Part shown: one piece after another, positions 46,326-60,710 of the stretch | Numbering within the stretch: the stretch's first letter is position 1 | Layout of the letters: each line of letters opens with the position of its first letter | Assembly: GCF_016432865.1 (NCBI RefSeq) | Contig: NC_067402.1 | Coordinates: 102,982,001 to 103,046,000 of the forward strand | Length of the DNA stretch: 64,000 bases | Origin: Antechinus flavipes | Taxonomy: Eukaryota | Reading direction: 5' to 3' | Notes under the pieces: generated by a model | Seen by the model: the letters and a program-made list of their open reading frames with translations, nothing else | What the model was told of the DNA's origin: nothing | The model's database searches: none | Translations under genes and position numbers: made by a program

Positions 46326-47189
46326 GTGTAAAGAATCTGGGACTAGAAATCAAGAGATTTTGGCTTCAAATTCTTGCACTACGGTTTTTCTTCAAATTCT
46401 AGCTAAAATTCTACCCTTTTTACATAAAGTCTTATGTGGTTGTCCAGGATCATACAGTAATTAATGACCAATAGTGGATTTGAACTCAGGTTCTCCTGAC
46501 TCCTGGATCAGTGCTATCCACTGAACGCCCTAGCTGTCCCAATTTCTCTTAATGCTAGTGCCATCCTTTTTTATTTCCTTTTTATTCTGTGTCTAACTTT
46601 TTTATACATGGTTGCCCCCCACCCCCTACCTCTAGCCCCTTGGGGACTGGTAAGCTCCTGGAGGCCAGAAATTGTCTCTTGCCTCCGTGTTAGTCCAGTC
46701 CTCCTGATCTCTATCTGGCCGCTGGACCCAGACGGCTCCGGAGGAGGAGAGTGCCACTGGTGACTTTGCACAGTCCTCCCTCACTGAAATCTAACTCACT
46801 TCCACCTTGTTGTTTGTCCTCTTCCAGAAGGAAGGGCAAACAACAGCCCAGTAGGCACTTAATAAATATTTACTGAAAGGATTTGACTAGATAATAGCAT
46901 TTAGAGTTGCTTTTGCATGATCTCTATCAAAGTTCTCTTTCACCTCTATTCAACCATGGAATTAGGAAGTGACTCATAAATCTGCTGAATTTCTTGGCTC
47001 TTTCCACTAAATCTTTAAACTGGTAACACCTGCAGCTGCCAAAGTCTGACCAGTTCACTGCTTTGGTCAAGCAACTTGGTCAAAGCACTAGCTCCCTTTG
47101 CCTCTGGGATCAAAGTCTGGTATTTAAAACCTTTTCCAAACTGACCTTGTTTGGAAAAGTTAAAATTGTTAAAATAAATAAATCAAATA

Positions 47190-47370
47190 AAAATAATTAA
47201 ATCAAATATATTATATAATTATATATTATATAATATATATTATATGTTATATAGGTAATATACATAACATATAGTATGTTATATATAAAAATATAATACA
47301 TATAATATATAGTGTTATATTACATTTATTATACATAATATATTCATTAAATATATATTAATAATTAAAA
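47190..47370. repeat. AT-rich (TA/TTA) low-complexity tract; poly-T at 47820-47856
   Basis: Direct reading. Confidence 0.9.
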
Positions 47371-47817
47371 CAAAAATAAAACAAAAGTTTTTTAAAAGTT
47401 AAAACCTGGCCAAATCCAAGCCTCTCTAGGCTTCTTATTCATTATTCTCCTTCACATACACCCAGATTTTCTTAACCTTTTTTGTGGCACAGGAAGAGAA
47501 GAGAACAAGCATTTAAAAAACACCGTGCTATGTAGTTTTCAAATATTGTCACATTTAAGATATTTCAATTTGATCCTCACAATAACCCTATGAGCTAGGT
47601 TTTAGTATGATCCTCATTTTACAGATGAGGAAACAGAAGCAAACATGTTATTGCCCAGGACAACACAGCAAGTAAGTATTTGAGACCATTTTTAAACTCA
47701 GGTCTTCCTGACTCCAGACCCACTCAAGGTACTTTATCACCTGGCTGCCATGGATCCCTTTTCAGAAATAATTGAAGGAAATGCCGAATTTCAGTTACAG
47801 TTAAGTGAAAATAAAGA

Positions 47818-47858
<41 letters not shown>

Positions 47859-48769
47859 CCCTATGCAAGTTCCCTGAAATCTATCCATGGACCATTTTGG
47901 AGAGCTTCATCTCCATAGTTCACACGAACTGATCTTGCAGTTCCTCAAACATGACTTTTCTTCTTCCTTTGCTGAGCCTTTTTGCAGATCAGTCCAGCCA
48001 CCTGATGAACTCCATTTTGAAATATCTCCTTTGGCCCAAGTCCCCTGGGCTTTTGGCAAGTGCTTCTTACCTTTCACTAGCTACTTTATCAAAGTGTTCA
48101 TGAGTTTTCATGCTAGAAAGGGGTGAGTGATGTGGGGCAGCTCTTGGGAAGGACATAGCAATAACCCCCAACATCTTCAGACCTTGTGAGTGATAGAATT
48201 ATAAAGTGGGGACCAAGCTTTACTGCACCCCCTTTTTCATGAATTCACTAAAAGCAGAGAATCTTAGAGTATTCCAACTAGTAAATTTCCCAAGGAACCT
48301 ACAGCTCTTGTGAAAAGCTGGTTTCTTTCTGTAATATCTATTCATTTCTTTATATCTTCTCATCAAGCTGAAACGATTTCAATTTTTTCATTGCTGTTAT
48401 AAAATTTAAAGCTATAGACAAATGCAAGAGAAAAAAGCCCCCAGTGGTTGAAAAGTACAAATTTTAATAATTGATGAAGAAAAGCATTCCAATATAACAT
48501 GTTATTTGATATATGGTACTTCCTAATTTTCAGTATTAGGAACAAGTCAAAGAACAGTGATGATTTGCATAGAAAACTCCTTATTTTAAATAAATTGCAA
48601 TGAGGTTTTTTTCCTTTCCCCTTTTAAATTAAATTTTTGCTAAGTTTTCTAGGTATGTGATTTAGACCTGGAAACAGCTTTATATATATACACATATGTA
48701 CATATGTGCATATACACATATATATGTGTGTATAAAATCTAATCCAATAGTCTTTATTGGGAGTTCAGA

Positions 48770-48976
48770 ATCCCTTAATGGGTACATGATAAATTTCAGA
48801 GGATCTGTGAATTTACAAAGGAAGAATTTCAACTTTATTTTCACTAACTTTTGGTTTTCTTTGTAATCCTAGGTATTTCATTTCATGCATTGCAAAACAT
48901 AATTCTGAGAAGCAGAATTTAGACTTCACCAGATTGTCAAAGGGGTCCAAGACATACAAAAAGTTCAGAACTCCTG
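48770..48976 (+). mobile_element. hAT MITE (Charlie4z-like)
   Basis: ctttgtaatcctaggtatttcatttcatgcatt..aaaacataattctgagaag...cttcaccagattgtcaaaggggtcca...gaactcctg. Confidence 0.7.
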
Positions 48977-51900
48977 ATATTTTAATACATACCTAGCATT
49001 TTACAGATAAGAAAACTGAGGGTTGGTCAGATGAAATGATTTTTTCTGAGTTCACAAAAGTAATAATTAGAAAAATCAGGATATTAACCCTGATTAATAT
49101 CAGAAAGATATTCTTTCTACTAGTCGTTTTTTGTAATGTTAATTTTCTTGCTTTTTATGACTTTTAAAATTGCCTAACTACTTTTTGGAAATGGGCAGGG
49201 ATTTAAATCATTTTTCCCATCTGTGATATGAAAAGGGTTGAACTTAATAGTGTCTAAGGTTCCTTTCAACGCTGATATTATCCAACTATGGAATCATAAA
49301 TAAATGAAGTGATTTATTAAAATATTTTGGATATGAAATAGCACAGAGAGCATCTGGGTGGATTTCCATTTTTTTTTAAGTGTCCGGTTCAGAACTGGAA
49401 GAAAGTGGATTTTTTTCCCCCTAATGTTTCTAATAAGGTTTCTTTTTCCTGGTGTGTTTGTTTTATGGTTTCTACAGATCTGTCCCTAGCCTTGGTCCCA
49501 GCAGGAGAGCGAGTGGAGTTTAATTACATTCCACCTATAGGGAACATCCTAGGAATTAAGCTTTGAAAAACAACGTGTGCAGTTTTTTAAAAATCCAATT
49601 AAGCAAGTGAAAATCAGGCATTGCTTTTTCTGTCCTAGAGACATCATCTAAATATTTAAATTTGAAAGAAAGACATTTAAACGCTTAGATTTGATAAACT
49701 CTCCTTCCTGAAATTCATAAGGGAAAACCCAAGCCATCTTTCCAAACTGGACAAAGGGAGACATTTTTATATATGTTACACATAGCCGAATTCTGTGATG
49801 TAATGCCTGTCCATAGGCCAGGGGAGAGAGAGAGAGAAAGAGAGATTTACCTTCAAGACAATACCAGAAGTAGGAATTCTGGCCCTATAAACAAAAATTT
49901 CAAAAAGGTCCCTATATCCCCCACCAATTTCCCTCCAACCAAACTTCTTTGATAATGGCATTCCTCATGCTTGCTTTATTTATCTACTTTGAGACAGAAG
50001 TATCAACACAGGTGTAGTCTATGGACTTGTTGATGGACCATCAGTAAATATTTGGAGGACTGACATACGGAAGGGGGATCAGACTACTTGGCTTTAGAAG
50101 AAAAAGATTAAATGGGAGACAGATTTTAGCTTACAAGAAAGTAAAAAAAAAAAAAAAAAAAAAACCTTTCTAATAATCAGATCTGTCCAACAATGGACAG
50201 GTTCTCTGTTCCCCCAGAAGTATTGAAGCAAAACCTAGATGGCTAATTATCAAGGATACCACAGAAGAGATTATTTACTACATTTGATAAAAGGTTGGAA
50301 AGTCCCTTTCACTCATAGGATTCTCTAAGTGAGTGACTAATTAGCTGTGTGACCTGAGGCAAATCATTTAATTTCTTTGGGTCTTAGTTCCTTCATCTAT
50401 AAAATGAGGGGATTGGGTTGGACTAAATGATCTTTAAAATCCATATCAACTCATACAATGCTTGAGTCTAAGATGGATGTTTATAGTTTAATTGGAAAGA
50501 ATGCCTTAATCCAAAGAAATGAAACCATCATGAAATATTTTAAGTGTCAACAAGGGGGTCATTAAAGAGCTCTAACTGGAGTTTGGTGGGGGTGATCAGA
50601 TTTAGGACCAAGATATTAGACTAGATGATCAAATGGATTTAGATTAATCTGATGCTAGGAGATATTTCAAGAAAAAGTAATTTTTTTCAGTATCACCCAT
50701 ATCATACTGCTTAGGTGACATCTACTTTACTCAAGTGTGAAACTGGTGACCCAAATTAAGGGTGTCAGACTTTCAGTGGCTCATTTGCAGTTTATAAAGG
50801 CTCTTGAATAGTCTATTTGCATAAAAAGAGTTAGGAAATTCTTTGCCAGATTCCATAGGTTTGCTCCTGGATAGGAATGGCCTGGATGGCTTTTCTCTGC
50901 CCATTCATTTATATGGACAAATGAGAGAAACTGAGAGTTTAAGAGTGGAAAACCAGCCATGGAAAGTCAATTAAAAAGAAAACCAATCATGGAGAAAAAA
51001 TTCAGCTCTTGTAGATCTTCTAAACTCTTGAAATATTTGTTTGTACCTCTTTGTAAAGTGCAGTTGTGATGGAGAAGGGGATTCCTTTCCCCTTCCCCCA
51101 TGTAGCAGCATGAAGACATCAGAAGCCCTTCAACACTGGAGATGTGAGCTGTCCCTTCACATAGTATTCCCATGATTTCTATTTTTGTTCACTATCTCTA
51201 TTGATAAATTTCTATTTGTGGGACACTATGTCCTACAAGGGGGAATGAGCTAAATCCTATCATTATGCTACCATAGTAAATGCCTTGATCCTAGGCTATT
51301 TATTTTCTCTGATTATTGAAAGGTAAACACATCAATGGGGACCTGTGAGCTAGAGTTTTGAGGGCACTTTGAATCAGGGGTTCCAGGACACCTGTGAATA
51401 CAGGTTGAGGGAGATAGCCCCAAAACATGCTACACTTTTGTTGATTCTTTTGTTCCTAATTCACATGTATTTGTTCCTTTGTTTCTACTGCAAACCATGG
51501 TGTCATATGTGTGTTTTAAAAAGCCTTTGATGTTCTCGAGGTCTTGAGGAGGGCAGTCCAGGGATTACATAAGCTGGTCATTGGGTTAAGCATAGAAATG
51601 CATGTCAGGTTCACAAACAGAAGAACATCCCATCTCACCTGTGGATTTAAGTTCCCAAAGTTTGTTTTTTTTTTTAATTTTCCCTTCTCCAGATAGATGT
51701 GAACCTCCTCTGTCAGCATATTTGCTTAGCAGAATATATTCCCTATAGATGCCCAGATTTTAAATGTAAAATACTTTGAGATGCCACATGAAAGGCATCA
51801 AATGCAGGCTGATTGGTGCGGGTCATTCTCTGGAGTGGGATTTCTTGGCATCTCACCTCTTGCTTTGCTCAAACACAGAGCTCTGGCCTGCAGGGACTCG

Positions 51901-52819
51901 GGAGGCTCTCCGAGTAAAAACAGAATCGGATTCAAAGCTCTCTCCCTGATTAAGCTAAACACCCCCAGAGTCAACATGTTCTCTCTGAGCCTTGCTGTGG
52001 GAATTGTTTATGCTGTAAAGCTTTCCATGGTGGTCCAGGGGGGTCCTGAGAGCCTGAGATGTGCATGGGGGCAGGGAGGAAATCCTCTCCTGATGGAGGA
52101 CCAGACCAGGGAGGAGAAGGGACAAGGGAAAGGCAAAGATGAGGAAAGGAAAATGGGCCCTGGTGAAGGAAATGAGAGGAAAAAGGGGAAAGGGAGAAAG
52201 GAAAAGAAAAGATGATGGACTAAGGGCGCAGGAAGTGGGAGGAGGAGAAGAAATAAGGAGATCTCTGTTCAGGCTCCCAGATGGTGATAATTCTGAGGCT
52301 GCTGGGTCTGAGGAGAGGGACCAGGAATCAGGAACAATGTGGAGTCAGAGAGCATCCGGGATAGGACGAGTCTCTGGAAGAGGGTTGGAGAGAAAGGGAG
52401 ATCATGGAACTACCCATCCTGAATATATATCAACCTCAAGTTCATTTTCCTGCTCATTTTCCCTTGATACTCTGGGAAGTTTTAGATCAGTGACAATTGA
52501 GTGACCAAATATCCCCTCATACTCAGTTTCCTCATTTGTAAAATGGGAACAACAATAATTGCAGTCTCTACCTTACAGGATTGTGAAGATCACAGACTAA
52601 AAAGTGCAAGGGAGCTTACAGGCCTTCTAGCCTAGAGCATTCATTGTACCAAGCAAGAAACTGAAATAAGAAAGGGTTTTATAAACCTTAAAGTCATAAC
52701 TATTGCTTTATTTATTACCCTATTAACTAATTATTAATTAGATCTGTGATGTAATTGATTTAGGGAAATCCTTTTGAGGAAACCATGCAATGCATCTTCC
52801 CCTCCCAGATTTATTGATT

Positions 52820-53148
52820 AATTTATTTAGATTTTTTTTTTTAATTAGATGAAAGAGGCCATTCTTTGTCCCAATTTCTACCTAGCGTTAATCATTAAAT
52901 GAGTGTGATCTCCAGCAAAATGAGACTTGTTAAGACCCTAGCTTAAAAAGGCCAAGGTCTCCCACTGCATTCAGGGCCATCTCCAGTCATCTTGATCCAT
53001 TTCTGGCTCCTGGACCCCAATGGCTCTGGAGGGGACAGTGAGGCAGGTGACCTTGCACAACCCTCCCTCCTTTAAATACAGCTCACTTGGGTATGGCATC
53101 CCCTCCTTGGTGTTGTGAGTCTTTTGGAGAAAGGAGGACAAACAACAA
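52820..53148 (+). mobile_element. RTE-derived 3' element
   Basis: aaaggccaaggtctcccactgcattcagggccatctccagtcatc...gtgaccttgcaca..cctccctc...ggagaaaggaggacaaacaacaac. A related piece lies at about 46690-46845. Confidence 0.75.
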
Positions 53149-53199
53149 CTCCTCTGCAATTGTATTCTTAATATCCAAGCAGAAACCATGTCACCAAAC

Positions 53200-53420
53200 C
53201 ATAGTGCACAGAGCACCTGGCTGCATCTTCCTGAATCAAATCCAAACTCAGACCCTTCCTAGCTGGGTGATTCTGGGAAAGTCCTGTTTGCCTCAGTTTC
53301 CTCATCTGTAAAATGAGCTGGAGAGGGAAATGTCAAACCACTCCAGTATGTCTGCCAAGAAAACCCCAAATGGAGTCATGAAAAGTCAGCCTGAGTGAAA
53401 AATGACTGAACAATAATCAC
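53200..53420 (+). mobile_element. MAR1-like SINE
   Basis: cctcagtttcctcatctgtaaaatgagctggaga.ggaaatg.caaaccactccagtat..ctgccaagaaaaccccaaatgg. Confidence 0.85.
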
Positions 53421-56400
53421 ACTAAACTGTACATAAGGATCCCTGAGGGCTGCTTATTGACTTAGAAAACCACAGAAAGAATATTATCCGTGCTCTGTTA
53501 CTTTTTTATTTATTTTGTTAAATATTTCCAAGTTACATTTTAATCTCATGTATTTAGGCCAGGTCCAGTGGTTTTTTGGTTTTTTTTTTAAACATTTCTG
53601 GCCCAGAATTGTTACAAGTTAAATGACTTAGAAAAGGTTACACGTGGGTGAGAGAGATCTCGAATCCAGATTTTCATGATTCAGAAGTCAATTCTCTGCC
53701 CACTATGCCTCTTCTATATAGCCTTCTAATCTTTTTCAGTAAAATATAGATAGAAACAATCTTGGGACAAATTCATATCCTGCTATTATGCATTTATAGC
53801 TAATGTTCTATGATTTGTTATTGTAGTTTAGTCATTTCACTCCATGACTCCACATCTGGCTACTGGACCCAGACAGCTCTGAAGAGGAAAAGGAGGCAGG
53901 AAAGTGTCAGAGATCAGATTTGAACTCAGGAGCTCCTTACAACTATGGGCTAGATAAAACAACTGCTTTTTCTAGTTGAATTAAAGTATTAGGCTATAAA
54001 CCCAATCTAACCAAACTAACAACATCTTTGGACTAATTCCAATAGGATGGAGGACATCAGAGGTAATGTGGTCTTCATTCTGTCCCTGTATTATTTGGAA
54101 CTCCACAGTGAACTTTGAAAACCTTTATATTCCAGATATTTGGAAATTCAATGTATTTGTTATAAAAACATCTACTGAAAATATTATTTTGAAGGTTCTT
54201 TTTTAATGAATCGTTGTCATGATTGGTTGATTATGGTCAATATTTTGGAATCTGATAATGATTTAGTGCCCATACAGTTTATTGGATGAGTTCTCCAGGG
54301 TGTTTTGAGGTCTGTGTGTGAATTTGGAATCTGATAGTTCATGAAAGTCAGTGAAATTCTGATGGATCATTCTGGCCACCATTATTTGGTGAGTACTAAT
54401 TTTTTTTACAACTCACAGTGATGTGTTACGTGGTTTCCCCTGACTCCAAGCACTAACTCTGGGCTCCTTCTGTAGTTTTTGGTGGCAAAGATCTGCTTCT
54501 GAATTGCCACCATCAAGCTCTCCTTTTCTACAAACCAATCTGCATGACTCAGCTGGAACCCATAAGGACAATTTCCAAGGCTGAAACTGTGATCCTTTGA
54601 TCTCTTTTGATCTTGACAACAGTCCCTGTGAGGTAGATGCTGAAGGTATTGTTATGTTCATTTTACAGATGAGAAAACTGAGAGTTGGAGGGGTTAAGTG
54701 GGTTGGCCATGGTCTCACAGGCACATTTGATTCTAGGTGTATCATTATAGGTCTACTTTCCTAGACTTCATCATCTCCAGAAATTTATCATTTTTTTCAA
54801 GAAAAAATCAACTGAAAAACAGATACCTCTTTGTACCTATGACCCCTGGGGCTCCTTTTTTATATTGTTCCAGCATTTCAGTCATGTCCAATTCTCAGTG
54901 ACTCCATTTTGGGGTTTTCTTGGCAAAGACCCTCAACTGATTTGCATTTTCTTCTCCAGTTCATTTTATAGATAATGAAACTGAGGCAAACTGAATTAAG
55001 TGACTTGCCCAGGGCCCGCCCTTCCTTTCATTGGAAAGGGGATGGACATTGGAGAGTTCCTCTCAGATTCTCCACTATTAAGAAGACAAGTCAGAGAACT
55101 GTCATAATTTCCCTTCTGGCTAATGACGCTCTAGAAACATTCTGAAAGATGAAATCAGCTTGGAAATTTATACTTCTCCAGGTCATTTTGCACCCCAGCT
55201 TTATGACTTCATCGTGGTTCTTTCCTTTCCCCTTGCTGAGTAATATCTTTCTCCCCCACTCTTTACAGATTCTTTTTATGTGATGTCTACCCTTATTAAA
55301 TTGTGAGTTCCTTGAGAATAGAGACAATCTTCAGTGCTTAGTATACAGGAGGGACTTAGTAAATGTTTACTGATTGACTTAGACTTTAGATCATCTGCTT
55401 CTCAAGTCAATGTTCTTTCCATCCTCATATATCTTTCACTATGATCAAATAATATAATATAATAATATAACATAATAATATAATATAATTAATATATCAA
55501 AACATTTTACAAATCTTAAATCTCTCTGAAAATATGAGCAATTATTAGCTATTATGGTCTAGGAACTTTTCTCAGGGTACTCAGAGAATTATTCTGGGGC
55601 TGATATATTCAGGAAGGCTAAGTAGCCCCTTCTTTGACATTTCTTTATTGACTTATTATTGGTGGATCTCGGATGGGTGTCACACTTGAAAGGCCTTTTG
55701 ATTCTACTCTTGGATTTGGGTCATTTCATAGACTCCTTTGGGAAGTAAGCTACTAAATAGGTATTTATCTACATGCCATTTGACTGACTATATCAGCCAT
55801 TATTATTTTTTGGCTAAGTGATGTCTGCTTATTAAAGAAAAGTATTTCTACAAGTTTTGATCAGGTTGTCATACACTCTAAGAGTCATCATTCTATAGCT
55901 GCCTTATATTAATGACGATGATGAGCAAATAGATGACAAAATGGAAAGGATGCTGAACTAAGAATCAGGAAAAATCATGCTGTCTCAACTTCTTATTAAT
56001 TATTCTATGTTGGACAAATTATATAACCTCTTTAGCCTCAATTGTGTTGGCTTTAAAATTGGGATAATACCACCTACTTTCAAAGGTTGCTATGAGGTAC
56101 AAAGGTGATGATATACATAAAGTGTTAAAGCACAATATAAAAGTCAGATATAAATAATACAAATAATAAAATGGAGGTTACAATACTTGCATTAGCCATC
56201 TTACGGGGTTGTTAACAAAGCATTTCATACTTTAAAGTTCTATATGAATGGGGAGTTGTTATAGAACTGAAGTCAGAAGGAAATTGAGAGATCACCTAAG
56301 CCAGCCCTAGAACATGAATCCTGTCCTTAATAATCCCAACCTGTAACTGGTCATCTACCATCCTCTTGAGCAGCTCCAGTGATGGGAACTCATCATCAGA

Positions 56401-57469
56401 AGCAGATTATTTTCCATGCAAAGGGAAAGATCTAGGCAGATCTAGGATATTTCTTGACTTTAGTGGCGGGCTCAGGGGAAGGAAATGGCTGTTTGGCTTT
56501 CCTTGGGGGAGCATGAGAGCCTGGGAGGACCAGGGACCCCAGCTCCTCATACTTAGTGGGAATTTGTGTTGGCCCAGGCTTTCCAGCAGAGACTTCAAGG
56601 TAAGGGTTGATGGATGTCCCCACTTAGCAGATAGCCTGAGCTTCTCGGTCCTGGTCCTGAGTGACTATGGTTTAGTACCAAAGATGGATGAACAAGATTA
56701 TGGCTTTGGTCACGTATCTCCACAAAGGGTAATGGTTTGTTATATCACCCTGAACCAGGCTAACTTATGAGGGATTCTGGACATTGCTGCTCCCTGTTTG
56801 CCCCAGCTTTCTCTAACAGGAGAGACAGTACAGATTACCCTTCATCACTGGTTATACAGCTAATGAGAAAAGTTCCCTTGGGAGTCATTCAATATTGATC
56901 ACAGTAGGCTGGCATTCCTCCCCTAGAGCAGAATGTAATGGAAAAACCAAAGGCCACATTCTAGATGGGGCATAGGTCAAAGGGGAGCCACATGGCTAAA
57001 GTATCTCTGTCAGGGGGTACACATGATACGCTCCCAGACCAAATCCTAACTTTATGAGAGGCTCTGGCAGCCCTGAAATAACGGCATCTGATATTTATAT
57101 GGTGCTTTGATGTGTAGAAAGCCTTTACATATTTTAAATGAGCATCACAAAAACACTGTGATATAGAAAGAACAGATTTTATTTCCATTTTATACACTGG
57201 GTTAACTATAAATAAGACTCAGGTTAAGTGAGTTGCTTATAATCATACAGCTAATAAGTATAAGCAAGATTAGATCACAGGTTTTCTTACAAGAATTCTA
57301 GTTACAAAGTCAACCTGTTTTCTATTTTTAGACATATTCTCTTAATTTCTTTGTCTTGTATGCTTCCAGGACAATCCTACAAATCTGGCAGAGGCTCGAG
57401 AAATACACTTGGCTGGTATACACAAACAATACAAAACACTCCCAACCAGTAAATGATTTGTCAAAATCT

Positions 57470-58620
57470 TCCCTTAACTGGTTCAATCAAGTATTTGTGA
57501 AGTGCACTTATAAAAGGCACAGACCTAGGTGCTGAGGACAAAAACACAAAAATGAAACCTTTTCTTCCCTCAAGTAACTTGAATTTCACGAGGGAACAAA
57601 TAAATATGCAAAATATAAAAATTAAAGTAATGGAGGAGTGGGGGTACCAGCAAGAGCTTCATGCAGAAGGTGGCAATTGAACAGAACTTTAAAACAAGAG
57701 AGTGATTAATTTTAAGAGAATTAGTTGAGGAGAGAGTGCATTTGAGGATGGGGGAGGTGATAATTAGTGCAAATGCACAGGGATAGGAAATGGAATAGAG
57801 GGTGGAAGGTTGTATGTGAAGACCATCAAGGTGGCTGGTTTGCTTAGACCAAAGAATATGTGAAGGGGAGTAATGTATAATAAGCCTAGAAGATGAGGTT
57901 GAAGTCAGGTTGTGAAGGACTTTAAATGCTAAATGGAGGAGTCTGTAGTTTATCCTAGAAGTAATAAAAGCCTACAAAGCAGCAGGATGACATGGGCAGA
58001 TATGTGCTTTAGGAATCTCACTTTGTGGTGTGTGGACTAAAAAGGGAAGAGACTCAAGCAGAAAAACCTATTAGGAGGTTAATGAAATAGTACAGGGGAG
58101 AGGTGATGGCTAACAGTTGTCTGAGTTTGATAGAAAAGGATGGATAGGAGAAATGCTGAGGAAGGGGATGGGAGAGGAAAGAAAGGGAGGAAAGGGAAGG
58201 AGAATGAAGGGGATGAGAGGGAGGGGAAAAGAAAGAAGAAAAGGAGGGAAGGAGGAGAAAGGAGTAAAGGGAAGGAAAAAGGAAGAAAGAAGAAGAGAAA
58301 AGAGGAAAGGAGAGGAAAGGGGAGGGGAGGTTAGGATTTAGATAGATGATAGTTCAGTAAAGATTGAGAAATAGGAAAACCAAGGTAGGGTAAAGTCCTC
58401 ATATCCCAGAGAAGAGAAAGTATGCAGGAGGAGAGAATGGTCATCCAGGTTAAATGGGGCAGAGAAGTCAAGGAGAATAAGAATTGAGAAAAAGCCACTG
58501 GAGTTGGCAATTATGAGATCATCTAGTAACTTTGATGAGAACAGTTTCAGTTGATTGATGAGGCTGGAAACTTATAGCAAGGGACTATGATATGGGTGAA
58601 AGGAGAGAGAGTGGACATAA
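57470..58620 (-). mobile_element. L2 LINE, antisense, interrupted by a GA-rich tract (about 58130-58330)
   Basis: ttcaatcaagtattt, ggttgtgaaggactttaaatgctaaatggaggag and gagaaaaagccactggagttggcaattatgagatc. Confidence 0.7.
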
Positions 58621-58769
58621 TAAGATTATATGGCTTTTTCTCCCTAGGAGTTGAGCTGTGAAAGGAAGAAGACTTTTAGGATGCTAGTTAAGGGGAAGAT
58701 AGGGTTAAATGAGAGATTTTTTTTTTTTTAAAGGGGAAGCAACAGAAAGAGTCAGGAGATAATGAAAGA

Positions 58770-59020
58770 TTGAAGATGTGTGTGTATGTATGTGAAGAGA
58801 CAGAGGAGGAGGAGGGAGGAGGGAGAAAAGAAAGGATGGGGAGGGAGGGAGAAAAAGGAGGAGGGAGGAAAAGAAAGGAAGAGGGAGGGAGGAGAAGCTG
58901 GTGGAAGAGGGAGAAGAAAGGGGAAGAGAAGGAGGGAAAGAAAGAGGGAAGGAAGGAGGGAGGAGAAAAAGGGGGAAGGAGGAAAAAAAGGGAAGGGGGA
59001 AGGGAGGGAAGCAAGCTCAA
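58770..59020 (+). repeat. GA-rich polypurine tract
   Basis: Near-pure A/G sequence. Confidence 0.95.
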
Positions 59021-60674
59021 TTGGCACTTGAATGGATTGTTTGCTAACAAGTTTTTCACGTGAATAATTGTTGCCAGCATTTTATATCACTTTAAAGTTT
59101 GCAAAGGGCTTTACATATATAATCTAATCTGATTCTCAAAACAGCCCTGGGAGGTAAGTGTTATTGTTATCCCCAGTTTATAGCTGGGGAAAGTGGGGGA
59201 TGAAGTAAGAGATTTTGGAGGACAATCCAGCCACAGAAGTCAGATATTTCCTCCCTTTGACACAGCATCATGGATTAAGAGGGGGAGGAATCCCAGAAGC
59301 CATCATAGACCAGCAGCACCATCATTTTATAGACAAAGGAACCTGGGGCTCAGAGATATTGTGACTACTGCGAGGTCATCACATCAGAGGCAGAATTTGA
59401 AACCAGGTCCCAAGTCTCCAGAGCAAGAACTGTTCCTGCTAGATTATATGACTTCCCATTGTGCTGTTGTGTCATATAATTATTCACAACTATAAAACTC
59501 AGAAAAAAAGCATGAAATCCTGTATGACTGGCAGACTGCCGAATGAATTTGCCTAAAGTCTGGGGGCTGGTTGTGTTAGGATTTGAACCCAGGCCTTTTG
59601 GTACCCAATTTGTCCCTCTTCTCACTATTCCCAAAGTCTCCTCTCTCTCAAGGGCCATTAACACCTAGGTTGCAGATATTGGGGGCTGGGGAGCCTCTTG
59701 GGCACCTCCATAAACCCAGTTCCAGTTTGGTGTGTGCTCCCAGGTGTTTATTCAGGCTTTGATTCCATGGTTGCCATGGAGAACAATGAGGGCAGCCACA
59801 GCATCAGCAGCAGGAGCAGCAGGAGCTCTCCAGCTGAAGGGGATGCAGGGAAGCAGGAAGGCGGGGCTCCCCTTGCACAGCTGAGATTTCCAATGCACAA
59901 GTATCCAGTGAATTCTGAACAGTGTAAATGAGGGTGCTCCTTGTCTGCTGGCTTGGAGCCCAGTTACCCCGGGAGCCCCAAAACCTCCATTCCTAGAGCT
60001 TTGTCCTGTGCTAGCCCCATTGGGCTTGATGGCCATCTTGGTCTTGCTTCCCCTTGCCCTCTTCCCACGGACTGCTCCCTAACTTCTCCCCTGGCCTTGG
60101 CTTTTCCTTCAGACCCTCCCATTGTCTCTTCTCTCACCCCTCAAACTTCAGTACCTTCAAAGCTTGTGTCAACAAGACCAGCCTGACTAAAACCTCCTCC
60201 CCCTCCTCTTGGTCAATGCCGTGGAACCCATGAAGCATATCAGCAGCTGGAATTTCACATGCACCGTGGGAACTGATTTGTCCATCCTTTCTTTTAGAGT
60301 CAGATGATGTTCACTTTATATAGACAGATGACATGACCTATTATCAGGAGGATCTGGACTGTGCATTATTTTGACAATAATGGGGATGTATTTATGTTAA
60401 GAAAACCATTTTCTTTAAGCTAGGGCATATATTTATGAGAGGGTTTGCTGGGGGGTGGGGGGATAAAAAAGCTGCCTAAGATTATGGAATAGACTCTGTG
60501 AGAAGCCCATTGGCCCACCCAGAAAAAAAATTTCTGCAACTTTGGTCCCCTTATAAGATGCTAAATCAACTGAGCTAAGCAGATCCAAATGTCCTTTAAT
60601 AGGAGGAGGAAATCTGGTCCAAACAAATTCTAATTATGTACTTACATTAGCTATAAGGCAATTGAGCAGGAACC

Positions 60675-60710
<36 letters not shown>

